Of a stretch of 64,000 nt of DNA, positions 52,886 to 63,815 are shown piece after piece. The DNA lies in the NCBI GenBank assembly GCA_963766735.1, contig CAVYBU010000007.1:64001-128000 (forward strand), given 5' to 3'. The notes beneath the pieces were generated by a model, which saw only the letters and a list, made by a program, of their open reading frames with translations, did no database searches and was not told the DNA's origin. A program made the position numbers and the translations under genes. The stretch's first letter is position 1, and every line of letters begins with the position of its first letter. The stretch comes from an uncultured Chloroflexia bacterium (GTDB lineage: Bacteria > Chloroflexota > Limnocylindria > Limnocylindrales > CSP1-4).

Positions 52886-53750
52886 GTGATCGGCCGAAGC
52901 CTCCAGGCCGGCCTCGGCAACCCCCCGAACGGCAACGCGCCACGTCCCGCCGGGAGCCTGCCGGATCCTGATGATCGGCGACATCATCGGCAAGCCCGGC
53001 CGCGTCACCATCGAGCAGGTGCTGCCCGGCCTGCGCGACGAACGCGGGATCGACTTCGTCACCGCGAACGGCGAGAACGTTGCCGGCGGGATGGGCCTCA
53101 CGCCCTCCACGGCCGAGGCGCTCCTCGCCGCCGGCGTCGACGTGATCACGAGCGGCAACCACATCTGGGACAAGCGCGAGATCTACCCGTTCCTCGAGAC
53201 GAGCGATCGCGTGCTGCGCCCGCTCAACTACGGCACCCACGGCGTGCCCGGGCGAGGCTGGGGCACGTACCACGCACTTGACGGCAGCGAGATCGCGGTG
53301 ATCAACCTCCAGGGCCGCACCCACATGCAGCCGATCGACAACCCGTTCACGGACGCGGATCGCCTGATGGACGAGGCCTCCGAACCGCTGCCGCCCATCC
53401 GCCTCGTCGACTTCCACTGCGAGATCACGTCCGAGAAGACCGCGATGGGCCTCTATCTCGACGGACGCGTCTCGGCCGTGGTCGGGACCCACACGCACGT
53501 CGTCACCGGCGACGAGCGGATCCTCCCGAAGGGGACGGCCTTCCTGACGGATCTCGGGATGACCGGGCCGCTCTGGAGCGTGATCGGTTTCGACCCGGCA
53601 ACCGTGCTCCCGCGGTTCATCAACGCCCTGCCAACGCGGTTCGAGGTGGGCGACGGACCCGTCGTCCTCAACGCCTGCCAGGTGGACGTGGATCCCGCCA
53701 CGGGTCGCGCCCTGCAGATCGAGCGTATCCAGCGCCTCGTCGAGATCTAG
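52886..53750 (+). CDS. ymdB: YmdB/TIGR00282 metallophosphoesterase; probable +1 frameshift near 52961
   Basis: GDIIG, NGEN, GNHIWD, DFHCE, GTHTH, TDLGMTG; SD plus GTG at 52886 joins RILMIGD if one C is removed. Confidence 0.9.
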
Positions 53751-53752
53751 GC

Positions 53753-54679
53753 ATGAGCTCTCGCCATGCGACTGGATCCGAGAAGCCGCGCGTTCCGGGC
53801 ACGGCCACCGCCGACGTCCACGCGCACACCCGGCGATCGGACGGCGTCCTGGAGCCCGCGGACCTCGTCCGTCAGGCGTATGCGGCCGGCATCCGGCTGT
53901 TCGCCATCGCCGACCACGACAACCTCGCCGCATACCGCGAGCTGACCGGCTCCGACGCCGAGCCGCTGCCGGCCGGGATGGAGCTTCTCCCCGCCGTCGA
54001 GATCAACGCGATCGCACGCGGGTTCCGGATGGACCTGCCAGAAGGCGAATTGCACGTCCTGGGCATCGGCGTGGATCCGGACGACGACGCCTTCGAGGCC
54101 GCCCTCGCGGCACAGCGCGACGCCCGCCGGTCGAGGTTCGCGGCCATCGTCGAGCGTCTCCGTGAGCTCGGGCTGCCGGTCGAGTCGCACCTCGACGAGG
54201 CGATCCTCTCAAGCGACGGTGCACTCGGTCGCCCGACGCTCGCTCGGGCCCTCGTCGCAGCGGGGTTCGCGAAGAGCGTGGAGGATGCCTTCCAGAACAT
54301 CCTGGCCCACGGGCAGCCCGCCTATATGCCCCTGACCGGCATGGGCCCGATCGAGGCGATCCGGGCGATCCGGGCTGCCGGGGGCCTCGCGTCGCTGGCG
54401 CACTTCCCGACGGCCCCTGAGCGCGTGCCCCTGATGCGGGAGCTGATGACGGAGGGTCTGGACGGCCTTGAGACCCACCACCGGTCATTCGATGCCGAGA
54501 CCCGAGCCGCGATGTCGGCGACGGCCGTCCACCTGGGCCTCCTCGAGACCGGAGGCTCCGACTACCACGGAGACCTGGGACCGTACGCCGAGACGCACGC
54601 GCTCCTGGTGATGCCCGACTCGCTGATCTCGGACCTTCGCGAAGCCCTCAGGACTCGTCGGGCGCCGGCTCGTCCTTGA
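53753..54679 (+). CDS. PHP domain protein (TrpH/YciV-like)
   Basis: DVHAHTRRSDG, IADHD, ELHVLG, GRP, LAH, TGGSDYHG. Confidence 0.9.
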   Translation: MSSRHATGSEKPRVPGTATADVHAHTRRSDGVLEPADLVRQAYAAGIRLFAIADHDNLAAYRELTGSDAEPLPAGMELLPAVEINAIARGFRMDLPEGELHVLGIGVDPDDDAFEAALAAQRDARRSRFAAIVERLRELGLPVESHLDEAILSSDGALGRPTLARALVAAGFAKSVEDAFQNILAHGQPAYMPLTGMGPIEAIRAIRAAGGLASLAHFPTAPERVPLMRELMTEGLDGLETHHRSFDAETRAAMSATAVHLGLLETGGSDYHGDLGPYAETHALLVMPDSLISDLREALRTRRAPARP

Positions 54680-55415
54680 CGAATGTCGGGTGCAGGTCGA
54701 CCGCGGCTCCCCTGCGACGCCTGCGGGCGGTCAGGTTGAGCATCTCGACGAACACCGAGAAGCCCATCGCCACGTAGATGTAGCCCTTGGGGATGTGGAA
54801 CCCGATACCGTCCCCGATCAGCGTGATGCCGATCAGCAGGAGGAACGAGAGCGCGAGCATCTTGACCGTGGGATGCTCGTGGACGAAGCGTGAGATCGGC
54901 CCCGACGCGAACAGCATGACTCCGACCGCGATCACCACCGCGACGATCATGATGACCACGTCGTCGGCCATGCCCACTGCGGTGAGCACCGAGTCGAGCG
55001 AGAAGACGATATCCAGCAGCACGATAGTGACCAGGACCGAGCGCATCGAGGCGGCGGGTCCGGCGACCGCGTGACCCTCGTCCCCCTCGAGTGCCTCGTG
55101 AATCTCCGTCGTGGCCTTCCAGATAAGGAACAGGCCGCCGCCGATGAGGATCAGGTCGCGGACGGACACGGGATGATCACCGATGGTGACCACCGGCTGC
55201 GTCAGCCCGATGATCCAGGTGATCGAGAGCAGGAGCAGGATCCGCATCCCCATCGCCAGACCAAGCCCGATCCTGCGGCCGCGATCCCTCTGGGACTCCG
55301 GCAGGCGCTGAACGAGCACGGAGATGAAGACGACGTTGTCGATACCCAGGACGATCTCCATGACCGTCAGGGTGAGCAGGGCGATCCAGCCTTCAGGACT
55401 CGTTATCCATTCCAT
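54648..55415 (-). CDS. TerC family membrane protein
   Basis: EIVLGIDN, DIVFSLDSV, KMLALSFL, HIPKGYIY. Confidence 0.93.
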   Translation of the reverse strand: MEWITSPEGWIALLTLTVMEIVLGIDNVVFISVLVQRLPESQRDRGRRIGLGLAMGMRILLLLSITWIIGLTQPVVTIGDHPVSVRDLILIGGGLFLIWKATTEIHEALEGDEGHAVAGPAASMRSVLVTIVLLDIVFSLDSVLTAVGMADDVVIMIVAVVIAVGVMLFASGPISRFVHEHPTVKMLALSFLLLIGITLIGDGIGFHIPKGYIYVAMGFSVFVEMLNLTARRRRRGAAVDLHPTFVKDEPAPDES

Positions 55416-55485
55416 GGCTCAGATCGTACGGTGTGGGGCCGGTTGCCGCTGGCGATCCCGCCGAAGGCACTACCATCTCCCCGAG

Positions 55486-57162
55486 ATGCCGCCCCGATCA
55501 CTCCCCGTCCTGGACCTGGTCCCGCCTGCCCTCCCTGCCGCCGGGCCCCGGGTTCCCGTCACGCCCGATGACGAGCGCCTGACCGAGTTCCGGCCCGAGA
55601 CGAGGGCCATGCCGTCATTCCTCGTCTGGACGCTGGGCTGCCAGATGAACAAGAGCGATTCGGAGGAGATGGCCGGCCGGCTCCTGGCCGCAGGCTGTCC
55701 CGAGGCGGCATCGATGGACACGGCCGACCTGGTGATCATCAACACCTGCGCCATTCGCGAGGCCGCGGAGGCGAAGGTCATCGGCCGCCAGGGTCACCTG
55801 CGCACCCTGAAGATGGCCAATCCGGGGATGCGCGTGGTGATGACCGGGTGCTCTGTCCGGGAGACGAACCGGTCCGGCCTCAAGCGGCGCTACCCTGCCG
55901 TGGACCTGTTTCTGCGGCCCGACGAGGAGCCCGAGCTTGTCGATCGGCTGGGGCTGGCGTCCGCCCAGGCGCCGGTTGGCGCGCTGGCTCAGGTTGGAGC
56001 GTTTCCGGCAACCGCAGCGACAACCCTGGTCAAGGGCTCGCCCGTCTCGGACGCGACACACCTGGTCCGGGCACGGGCCGATGCGGTGGCCGGAGGTGCC
56101 GTGAGCAGGGTCTCGGCGATCAGCGCCTGGCTGCCGATCATCTACGGCTGCGACAAGACCTGCACCTACTGCATCGTGCCGTTCAGCCGGGGTCCCGAGC
56201 GGAGCCGGCCGTTCGACGAGATCGTGGACGAGGCGCGCGCGCTGGCCGCGGCGGGCTACCGGGAGGTCACGCTCCTGGGCCAGAACGTCAACAGCTACGG
56301 CCACGACCTGCCGGCGGAGGAGCGGTTCGGGCACGTCAACAGCACGCGGACCGTGGGCCGGCCCCAGGACCGAGCGGCGAGACCCGACCTCGCGGAGCTG
56401 ATCCGCGCCGTGGATGCCCTGCGCACGGCCGATGACGGGGACGACGTGCCGGCCATCCCGCGACTGCGCTTCGTGACCTCACATCCGTGGGACCTGTCGG
56501 ACCGGCTCATCGAGGTCATGCAGGACTCCCGATCCGTCTGCGAGTCCCTGCACCTGCCCGTCCAGTCGGGCAGCGACTCCATGCTCCGTCGCATGGGCCG
56601 CCAGTACACCATCGAGCACTACCGGGAGCGGCTGACGCGGATCCGCGAGGCCGTCCCCGGGATCGCGCTGTCCACCGACGTGATCGTCGGGTTCTGCGGC
56701 GAGACGGAGGCCGAGTACGAGGACACGCTGCGCCTGCTCGAGGACATCCGGTATGACCAGGTCTTCGCGGCGGCGTACAGCGAGCGGCCCGGAACACCGG
56801 CCACCAGGCTGGCCGATGACGTGCCCGTTGCCGAGAAGCGCCGGCGCCTCGTCGGACTTCTGGACGTACAAGAGGGGATCGGGCTCGAGCGGAACCGGGC
56901 CTGGCTCGGTCGCACCGCGGACGTCCTGGTTGACTCGGTGGTCCCGCCACGCACGCACGACCACGGTGACGATGACGATGCCGGAGCCTCCGTGTCCCAG
57001 GACGCCTTTGCGCTGTTGCCCGAAGGCGTGGCCCACCTCCTCGGGCGCTCGCGCGAGAGCAAGCTCGTCCACGTGGCCGGCTCGCCTGACCTGCTGGGGC
57101 GCGAGGTCCGCGTGGTGATCGATCACGCGGGACCGTACGCGCTCCGGGGGACGCTGGCCTGA
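55486..57162 (+). CDS. miaB: tRNA methylthiotransferase MiaB
   Basis: TLGCQMN, NTCAIRE, GCDKTCTYCIVP, GQNVNSY, TSHP, TDVIVGF, TRAM domain. Confidence 0.93.
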   Translation: MPPRSLPVLDLVPPALPAAGPRVPVTPDDERLTEFRPETRAMPSFLVWTLGCQMNKSDSEEMAGRLLAAGCPEAASMDTADLVIINTCAIREAAEAKVIGRQGHLRTLKMANPGMRVVMTGCSVRETNRSGLKRRYPAVDLFLRPDEEPELVDRLGLASAQAPVGALAQVGAFPATAATTLVKGSPVSDATHLVRARADAVAGGAVSRVSAISAWLPIIYGCDKTCTYCIVPFSRGPERSRPFDEIVDEARALAAAGYREVTLLGQNVNSYGHDLPAEERFGHVNSTRTVGRPQDRAARPDLAELIRAVDALRTADDGDDVPAIPRLRFVTSHPWDLSDRLIEVMQDSRSVCESLHLPVQSGSDSMLRRMGRQYTIEHYRERLTRIREAVPGIALSTDVIVGFCGETEAEYEDTLRLLEDIRYDQVFAAAYSERPGTPATRLADDVPVAEKRRRLVGLLDVQEGIGLERNRAWLGRTADVLVDSVVPPRTHDHGDDDDAGASVSQDAFALLPEGVAHLLGRSRESKLVHVAGSPDLLGREVRVVIDHAGPYALRGTLA

Positions 57163-58127
57163 GCGACCCAGCCGCGGCTGGCGGCCGGGATGGACCGCTG
57201 GCGCCCCTCGTCGTCATCGGCGGGCCCACCGCCACGGGCAAGACCGGGCTGGCCATCGCACTTGCCGAGAGGCTCCTGGCGCGAGGAATCCCGGCGGAGG
57301 TGGTCTCGGCGGACTCGCGCCAGGTGTACCGGGGCCTGGACATCGGCACGGCCAAGGCAACGGCCGAGGAGCGGGCGCTGGTCGTCCACCACGGGATCGA
57401 CCTCGTGGAGCCCGATCAGCCCTTCTCGGTGGCCGAGTTCAGGGCGCATGCCCTGAGTGCGCTCGAGGCGCTGGGGTCGCGCGGCGGGATCGGGATCCTG
57501 GCCGGCGGGACGGGGTTCTGGCTGCGGACGGTGTTCGCGGGCATCGACACCGATGCGCTGCCCTCCGACGGGGAAGTTCGCGGCCGGCTGGAGGCCGAGC
57601 TGACGCGTGACGGGGTGGCGTCGCTGGCCGATCGGCTGACGGCGCTGGCGCCAACCCTGGCGTCGCGCACGGACCTGCACAACCCGCGCCGCGTGGTGCG
57701 AGCGCTGGAGATCGCCTCGCTCCAGGGCGATGCGCCGCTACCCGAGCCCGTGGGCTACCCAGGGCCGGTCCTGGGCCTGCAGCTGGTGGTGGATGCTCCC
57801 GAGCACCTCCGTCGCATCAGCGAGCGAGCGCGTGCCCAGTTCGACGCCGGCCTGGTGGGCGAGGCCCAAGCCTTGCGCGAGCGATTCGACCCGGCGTTGC
57901 CGGCCTTCTCCGCCATCGGCTACCGCGAGAGCTGGTCGTACCTCGACGGCGAGCTCACGCTCGAGCAGGCCATCGAGCTGGACGCGCGCCGCAACGTCCT
58001 CTTCGCCAAGCGCCAGCGCACCTGGTTCCGGTCGGAACGGACGCTCGCGATCCTCGATGCCACCGAGGACCCCGCCCAGTCGGTGGCGCCGCGGTTCGAT
58101 GCCTTCGTCGACTCGACGCTGACCTAG
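57159..58127 (+). CDS. miaA: tRNA dimethylallyltransferase; start uncertain (CTG at 57159)
   Basis: GGPTATGKT lies in frame upstream of the tracked ORF; SADSRQVY, DIGTAK, GGTG, AIGY, AKRQRTWF. Confidence 0.93.
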   Translation: MSDPAAAGGRDGPLAPLVVIGGPTATGKTGLAIALAERLLARGIPAEVVSADSRQVYRGLDIGTAKATAEERALVVHHGIDLVEPDQPFSVAEFRAHALSALEALGSRGGIGILAGGTGFWLRTVFAGIDTDALPSDGEVRGRLEAELTRDGVASLADRLTALAPTLASRTDLHNPRRVVRALEIASLQGDAPLPEPVGYPGPVLGLQLVVDAPEHLRRISERARAQFDAGLVGEAQALRERFDPALPAFSAIGYRESWSYLDGELTLEQAIELDARRNVLFAKRQRTWFRSERTLAILDATEDPAQSVAPRFDAFVDSTLT

Positions 58128-60061
58128 GCGGCTGCCGGAACGACGGTGGGCACCGGGAGCGAGGTGGGCTGCCGATCGACACGCAGGTTGGGCCCATGCC
58201 TGAAGAGGAACAGGGTCAATTGCGCGCGCTCTGAATGCTGACCGGGCAGGAACTCGAGGCCGTGCTGGTATCCACCGCCCTGCTCGTGATGAACCGAGCG
58301 AACAATCGCCCTGAGCATGATCGACACCCCGTCGGGATCGACGGTGAGGTTGATCAACGAGCCTGCCGCGCTCTCGATCGCGGCGACCACCTTCGCCCCG
58401 GCCACGGACACGTCGCGTGTTTCGGCCACCAGGCTGTCGAGGAGAGCCGGGTGCTCGACGTCAAACCTGACGCTTGCTCGACGCTCCGGCGCGTAACGCA
58501 GGGAACGGATGCGATCGATGGCCAGCCAGGTGAGGACGACGTTGAACAGCATCCACCCGAACGCGGCGACCACCGCGCCCTGTTCCGCGTAGGTGACGGG
58601 TGTCCGACCGAGGAGGGTCAGCGCGAACCACGCCCCGGCAAGGACGGATCCGACCAGTAGCCCTGAGAGGATCGCCGGCACCCGGACGCGCCGCCGCTCT
58701 TCGCCCTGTCGCCCCTTCGGGGTCACGACGAACGTCGGTCGCCTGCGGGTGACCAGGGTCAGGGTCGCTCGCAGGTTCGAGGTCATGCGCACCAGCTCGA
58801 ACACGATGGACAGGACGGTGCGATGGCAACCCCGGCTCAGGGCCTTGAGAGCCACCTGCTGCAAGAGGAACGTCACCAGGAACGCCGCCGCGAACGTGAG
58901 GAGGTCAGCCCGGATCGGAACCACGCCGGTGATCACGACCGCGATCGGCAACAGCGCGAACCCCAGGGTTCGCCAGGCGTCGAACCAGCCCAGGAGCGTT
59001 GAGGCGTAGGCCAGGCGCTGCGGGATCGTCAGTCCCCCGACCCAGAGTGGGTCTTCGCCGCGGAGCACCTGCATTGCGCCCGTGCCCCAGCGAAGACGCT
59101 GGAGCTGGTAGGTGTCGGCGTCCCCGGCCGCGAGCCCGCGCGCGAGAACCTCGTTGTGGTACACGGTGCGCCAACCCCGGCGGTGGAGCCGAATCGTCGT
59201 GTGAATGTCCTCGGTGATCGTGTCCGTTGCCACGCCGCCCACGTCGCGCAGGGCGGCGACGCGGACAACGGCCCCGGTCCCGCACCAGAACGCGCCGCCC
59301 CAGCGGTTCTTGCCCGGCTGCAGCATGCGGTAGAACAGGGTCTGTTCGTGGAACCGCTCGCCGTCGCCGGTGACCGCTTCGTGCTCGAAGGAGTCGTGGT
59401 TGTAGAACTCCTGCGGCGTCTGGACCAGGGCGAGCCCCGGGTCGTCGAAGTAGCCAACGGTGCGGACGAGGAAGTCGGCATCGGCCACATGGTCGGCGTC
59501 GAGGACGGCAATGAGGTCTGCCTCCACGACCGTCAGGGCGTTGTTGAGGTTGCCGGCCTTTGCATGCAGGTGCTCGGTCCGAGCCAGGTAGCGCACGCCG
59601 AGGTCCCGGGCAAGCTGTTCGACCTCGGGACGTGCCCCGTCGTCCAGAACCCACGTTTCATGAGTGAGCCGCATGGCTGCCGCCGCCGCGACCGTGGGCA
59701 GCAGGATCTCGATGCTCTCGTTGTAGGTGGGCACCAGGACCGCGATCCGCCATCCGGACTCGTGAACGTCGCGATGCGGAGGCCGGGAGTCGATGTTCCA
59801 CAGGGAGAACGTGAACAGGGCCAGGCCGATCGTGGCGTGGATCTCAAGCACAACCAGCGGGATCGATGCCCACAGCGCGTCGGGGTTCAGCGTTGAGCTG
59901 ATGCGCCAGGTCAGGTACGCGACGCTGACGAAGAGCGCTGTAACGGCTGTGACCCGGATCGAAACGCGCCGGACCAGCGACTCCGGCTCCGGCAGCGATG
60001 GGGCAGGAACAGGGGCACGCATCCAGCCGAAGGCTTCAGCGAAGAGCCGGGTGGTAGACAT
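58124..60061 (-). CDS. Processive GT2 glycosyltransferase, cellulose synthase BcsA-like, with C-terminal PilZ domain
   Basis: PTYNE, DDG, HAKAGNLN, DADH, QTPQ, FWCGTG, TED, QRLRW; PilZ-type RASVR and DVSVAG. Confidence 0.88.
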   Translation of the reverse strand: MSTTRLFAEAFGWMRAPVPAPSLPEPESLVRRVSIRVTAVTALFVSVAYLTWRISSTLNPDALWASIPLVVLEIHATIGLALFTFSLWNIDSRPPHRDVHESGWRIAVLVPTYNESIEILLPTVAAAAAMRLTHETWVLDDGARPEVEQLARDLGVRYLARTEHLHAKAGNLNNALTVVEADLIAVLDADHVADADFLVRTVGYFDDPGLALVQTPQEFYNHDSFEHEAVTGDGERFHEQTLFYRMLQPGKNRWGGAFWCGTGAVVRVAALRDVGGVATDTITEDIHTTIRLHRRGWRTVYHNEVLARGLAAGDADTYQLQRLRWGTGAMQVLRGEDPLWVGGLTIPQRLAYASTLLGWFDAWRTLGFALLPIAVVITGVVPIRADLLTFAAAFLVTFLLQQVALKALSRGCHRTVLSIVFELVRMTSNLRATLTLVTRRRPTFVVTPKGRQGEERRRVRVPAILSGLLVGSVLAGAWFALTLLGRTPVTYAEQGAVVAAFGWMLFNVVLTWLAIDRIRSLRYAPERRASVRFDVEHPALLDSLVAETRDVSVAGAKVVAAIESAAGSLINLTVDPDGVSIMLRAIVRSVHHEQGGGYQHGLEFLPGQHSERAQLTLFLFRHGPNLRVDRQPTSLPVPTVVPAAA

Positions 60062-60210
60062 GACACGACTCTCCGGTGCGGTGCGTCCGCGCGCCACGAA
60101 CCGGAAGGACTACTGGCAGCCGCCGAATGGCGGATGGGCGCCAGGCCCGGCGGGTGCCCGGTGCCGTGTCAGGCGGCCGTGATCAGGTCAGCCGGTATGC
60201 TGGCCCAACC

Positions 60211-61529
<1,319 letters not shown>

Positions 61530-61533
<4 letters not shown>

Positions 61534-62135
61534 CGTCGCGTTCCTCCCAGGCGGGTCCGTTCGTGCGCCGGGCCGGAACGGGCCGTCTCCCCGATGGGCG
61601 TCGCGTGACGTGGACGGTGGCCGATGGGCGTCGCGGGCGTCGCTGGCGGGCAATCACCACCTCCGGGGACCGGCTGCTGCACGCCGTGCTCGTGGAGGTC
61701 TCGCCCGACGGGACCCTGGCCAGGGTCGAGGTGGCGGCGCCCGGCGGGCTGCTGACGCTTCATCCGGAGGCAGACGCGTCGATGCTGCACGGGAACGTGG
61801 TCCGCGCGGAGGGGATCGAGCACGTCGCGCTCCCGTGGACGCCTGGCCACGTTCTGATGGTCGGTGCATCGCCGGTGACCGCCGCGGTCGCCGCGGTGCA
61901 GCTCGCGGCACGGGTCGGGGTGGGGGAGGGGGTATCCGTCCCGGCGGTCGAGGTGAATGACGCATTGACGATCCGGCAGGCGACCTGGCGCGCGGCGAGG
62001 ACCGGGGCACATCGATGGCGATTGCTTGCGGCGGACGGGGGACCGTCTGTCCTGCTGGTGCTGGGCGAGGACGGCATGCCCGCAGGCCTTGAGCAGGGCG
62101 GAGACTGGCCGCTGGAGCTCACGCCGGACCAGTAG
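61530..62135 (+). CDS. Hypothetical protein (beta-rich)
   Basis: ATGA overlap with the hflX stop; coding-like GC3; no family recognised with confidence. Confidence 0.7.
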
Positions 62136-62176
62136 GGGAGCCCGTCGTGGACGGAGTGTGGACAAGCGCGCCACAA

Positions 62177-62641
62177 ATGCCGTCACGCAGGAATCCTCGT
62201 GGATAACGCCGTTGTAGCGGCCGTCGGTCGCAACGTAGTATTCGTCTTGCCCGAAGGGGCGGACGAACTGGCGACGGACCCGCGAGTGCTTGCACAAGTG
62301 GGGACGAACGGAGCCGCAGATGCTTGCATCAGCGGTACCGGCGCCGGGGAGGAAGTTCCTTCGGGCATTTCGTTGTCCCCAACTCGACCTTTTCCGTCGA
62401 GGAGCTGGACCTCGCGTTACAGCCGCAGCTGGTCGAACGCGAGGGACTGCCATACGCAGCCGCGCTTCTGGCAGGTCGAGCTTTCCTCGAGTACAGGAGG
62501 AGGGGCGGAACCCGGACGACCCCGATGCCCGACTTCTTCATCGGCGGCCACGCGTCCGTGGCCGGGTACCGGCTGCTCACGCGCGACGCATCGCGCTATC
62601 GCAGGTACTTCCCGACGCTCGAGCTGATCGCGCCTGAGTAG
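62177..62641 (+). pseudogene. Disrupted PIN-domain (VapC-like) toxin
   Basis: C-terminal half EELDLAL...AGRAFLEYRRRGG...PMPDFFIGGHA...LLTRDASRYRRYFP intact; N-terminal ILVD (62193-62204) in another frame and separated by non-PIN-like sequence. Confidence 0.75.
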
Positions 62642-62723
62642 AGGGGCCGGCTCAGAAGGTGCTGCACAGCTGCCTGACGGACCCGCCAGACCCGCTCACC
62701 CCCACTCCCGGGCGTGGATTGGC

Positions 62724-62751
62724 ACTACCGATAATGTGAGTTATGTCCGCC
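62724..62751. other. dif-like XerC/XerD recombination site
   Basis: ACTACCGATAA-TGTGAG-TTATGTCCGCC has the 11-6-11 architecture with a CCGATAA/TTATGTC core like actinobacterial dif. Confidence 0.55.
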
Positions 62752-62981
62752 TAGAGGCGCGCACCTGGTACGAAGTCGCCCGCGAGCCACCGAACGAAGA
62801 GCATTGCGTGGCGGTGGTAGGTCTCGACGGTAGCGTCGCTCAGACCCGCTGATGCGATCGTCTTTCGATACATTGAGGTCTGGGCAACGAGGTCCGGGAC
62901 CGTCACGGGGCGGATCGGCACGGGGCGTCCGACTGCGATCATGGCGCGAGGCCGATATGCGCCCTCACGCCACCCGAGCAT
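62751..62981 (-). CDS. Small hypothetical protein or fragment with an integrase N-terminal SAM-like helix motif
   Basis: AGLSDATVETYHRHAMLFVRWLAGDFVPG; start uncertain. Confidence 0.45.
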   Translation of the reverse strand: MLGWREGAYRPRAMIAVGRPVPIRPVTVPDLVAQTSMYRKTIASAGLSDATVETYHRHAMLFVRWLAGDFVPGARL

Positions 62982-63327
62982 GCCGGCTGCGATGGCCGCC
63001 GGTGCCCGGCCGATGGGCGCCGGCGTGACCTACCACGACACGGAGTACCGCGAGTCGGACTGCGACGTCGAGATCTGGCTCGAGGTCGCCACGCCCGTTG
63101 CCGTGCCGGAGCCCCTCACGTGCCGTGGGGTCCCCGAACAGGAGGTGGCGCTGACGACGCTCCGCGGCGACTACGCGGGCTTCTCGGAGGCAGCCATGTC
63201 GCTCGCGGAGGCGATGGTGGCGGAGCGCCTGACGGAGGCCGGCCCGATGTCCAGCCTCTACCTGGTTGGTCCGGCCCAGGTGGCGAACCCGGCAGACTAC
63301 GTGACCGAGATCTGCATCCCGATCTGA
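62980..63327 (+). pseudogene. GyrI-like effector-binding domain, probably the truncated C-terminus of a BmrR/MerR-type regulator
   Basis: YHDTEY..DVEI, RGDY, GP..YLVGP...NPADYVTEICIPI; lacks the N-terminal part. Confidence 0.65.
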
Positions 63328-63815
63328 GTCACCCTTGATCCGTCACGACCCGGTAGTGTGCTGTCAGAGCGCGCCTCGTAGACCACCCGGGCAAACGGCC
63401 AGTCGCGGTCGAGCCAGTCCGAGACCACGCGGTAGAGGGTCGCGTCGAGATCGGCGTCCGCCGCGCGCACCCAGGACCGAACCGCGGCGCCGGGGCCGTC
63501 TTTCGCGGGGTAGATGTAGAGGCAGCCGATCACCTCGTCGACGTCCGGGGCAAGCACCGTGAAGGTGAAGCCGACGCGGGCGACGAAGTCGGCGGCGTGG
63601 CGTTCGAGGTCGCCCAGGTTCGCCTCGAGCGTCATCGCCATCGGCCAGTCCCTCCCCTCCCAGCCCGGCGTCGCGTGGATGTGCTCGATGCTCGACGACC
63701 AGGCAGCGAAATCGGACACGTTGTGCTCCGGGCCGAGCGGACGGAGCCGGAACTCGGGCGCGTCGAGTCCGGTAGGCGGGACGAACGACGGAACGACGAA
63801 GAGCTCGGCACTCAC
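63297..63815 (-). CDS. GNAT-like putative N-acetyltransferase
   Basis: FRLRPLGPEHN..D..AW, LERH..DF, GFTFTVL, GCLYIYP, SWVRA, WPF; 3' end possibly extended by an indel. Confidence 0.75.
   Translation of the reverse strand: MSAELFVVPSFVPPTGLDAPEFRLRPLGPEHNVSDFAAWSSSIEHIHATPGWEGRDWPMAMTLEANLGDLERHAADFVARVGFTFTVLAPDVDEVIGCLYIYPAKDGPGAAVRSWVRAADADLDATLYRVVSDWLDRDWPFARVVYEARSDSTLPGRDGSRVTQIGMQISVT

Noticed and set aside
53753-54679. PHP protein as the missing histidinol-phosphatase
   Set aside because: Motifs fit the TrpH/YciV-like PHP group and the gene is unlinked to the his cluster; this cannot be supported from sequence alone
62751-62981. Functional integrase
   Set aside because: Only a short helical motif; no tyrosine-recombinase catalytic domain is present
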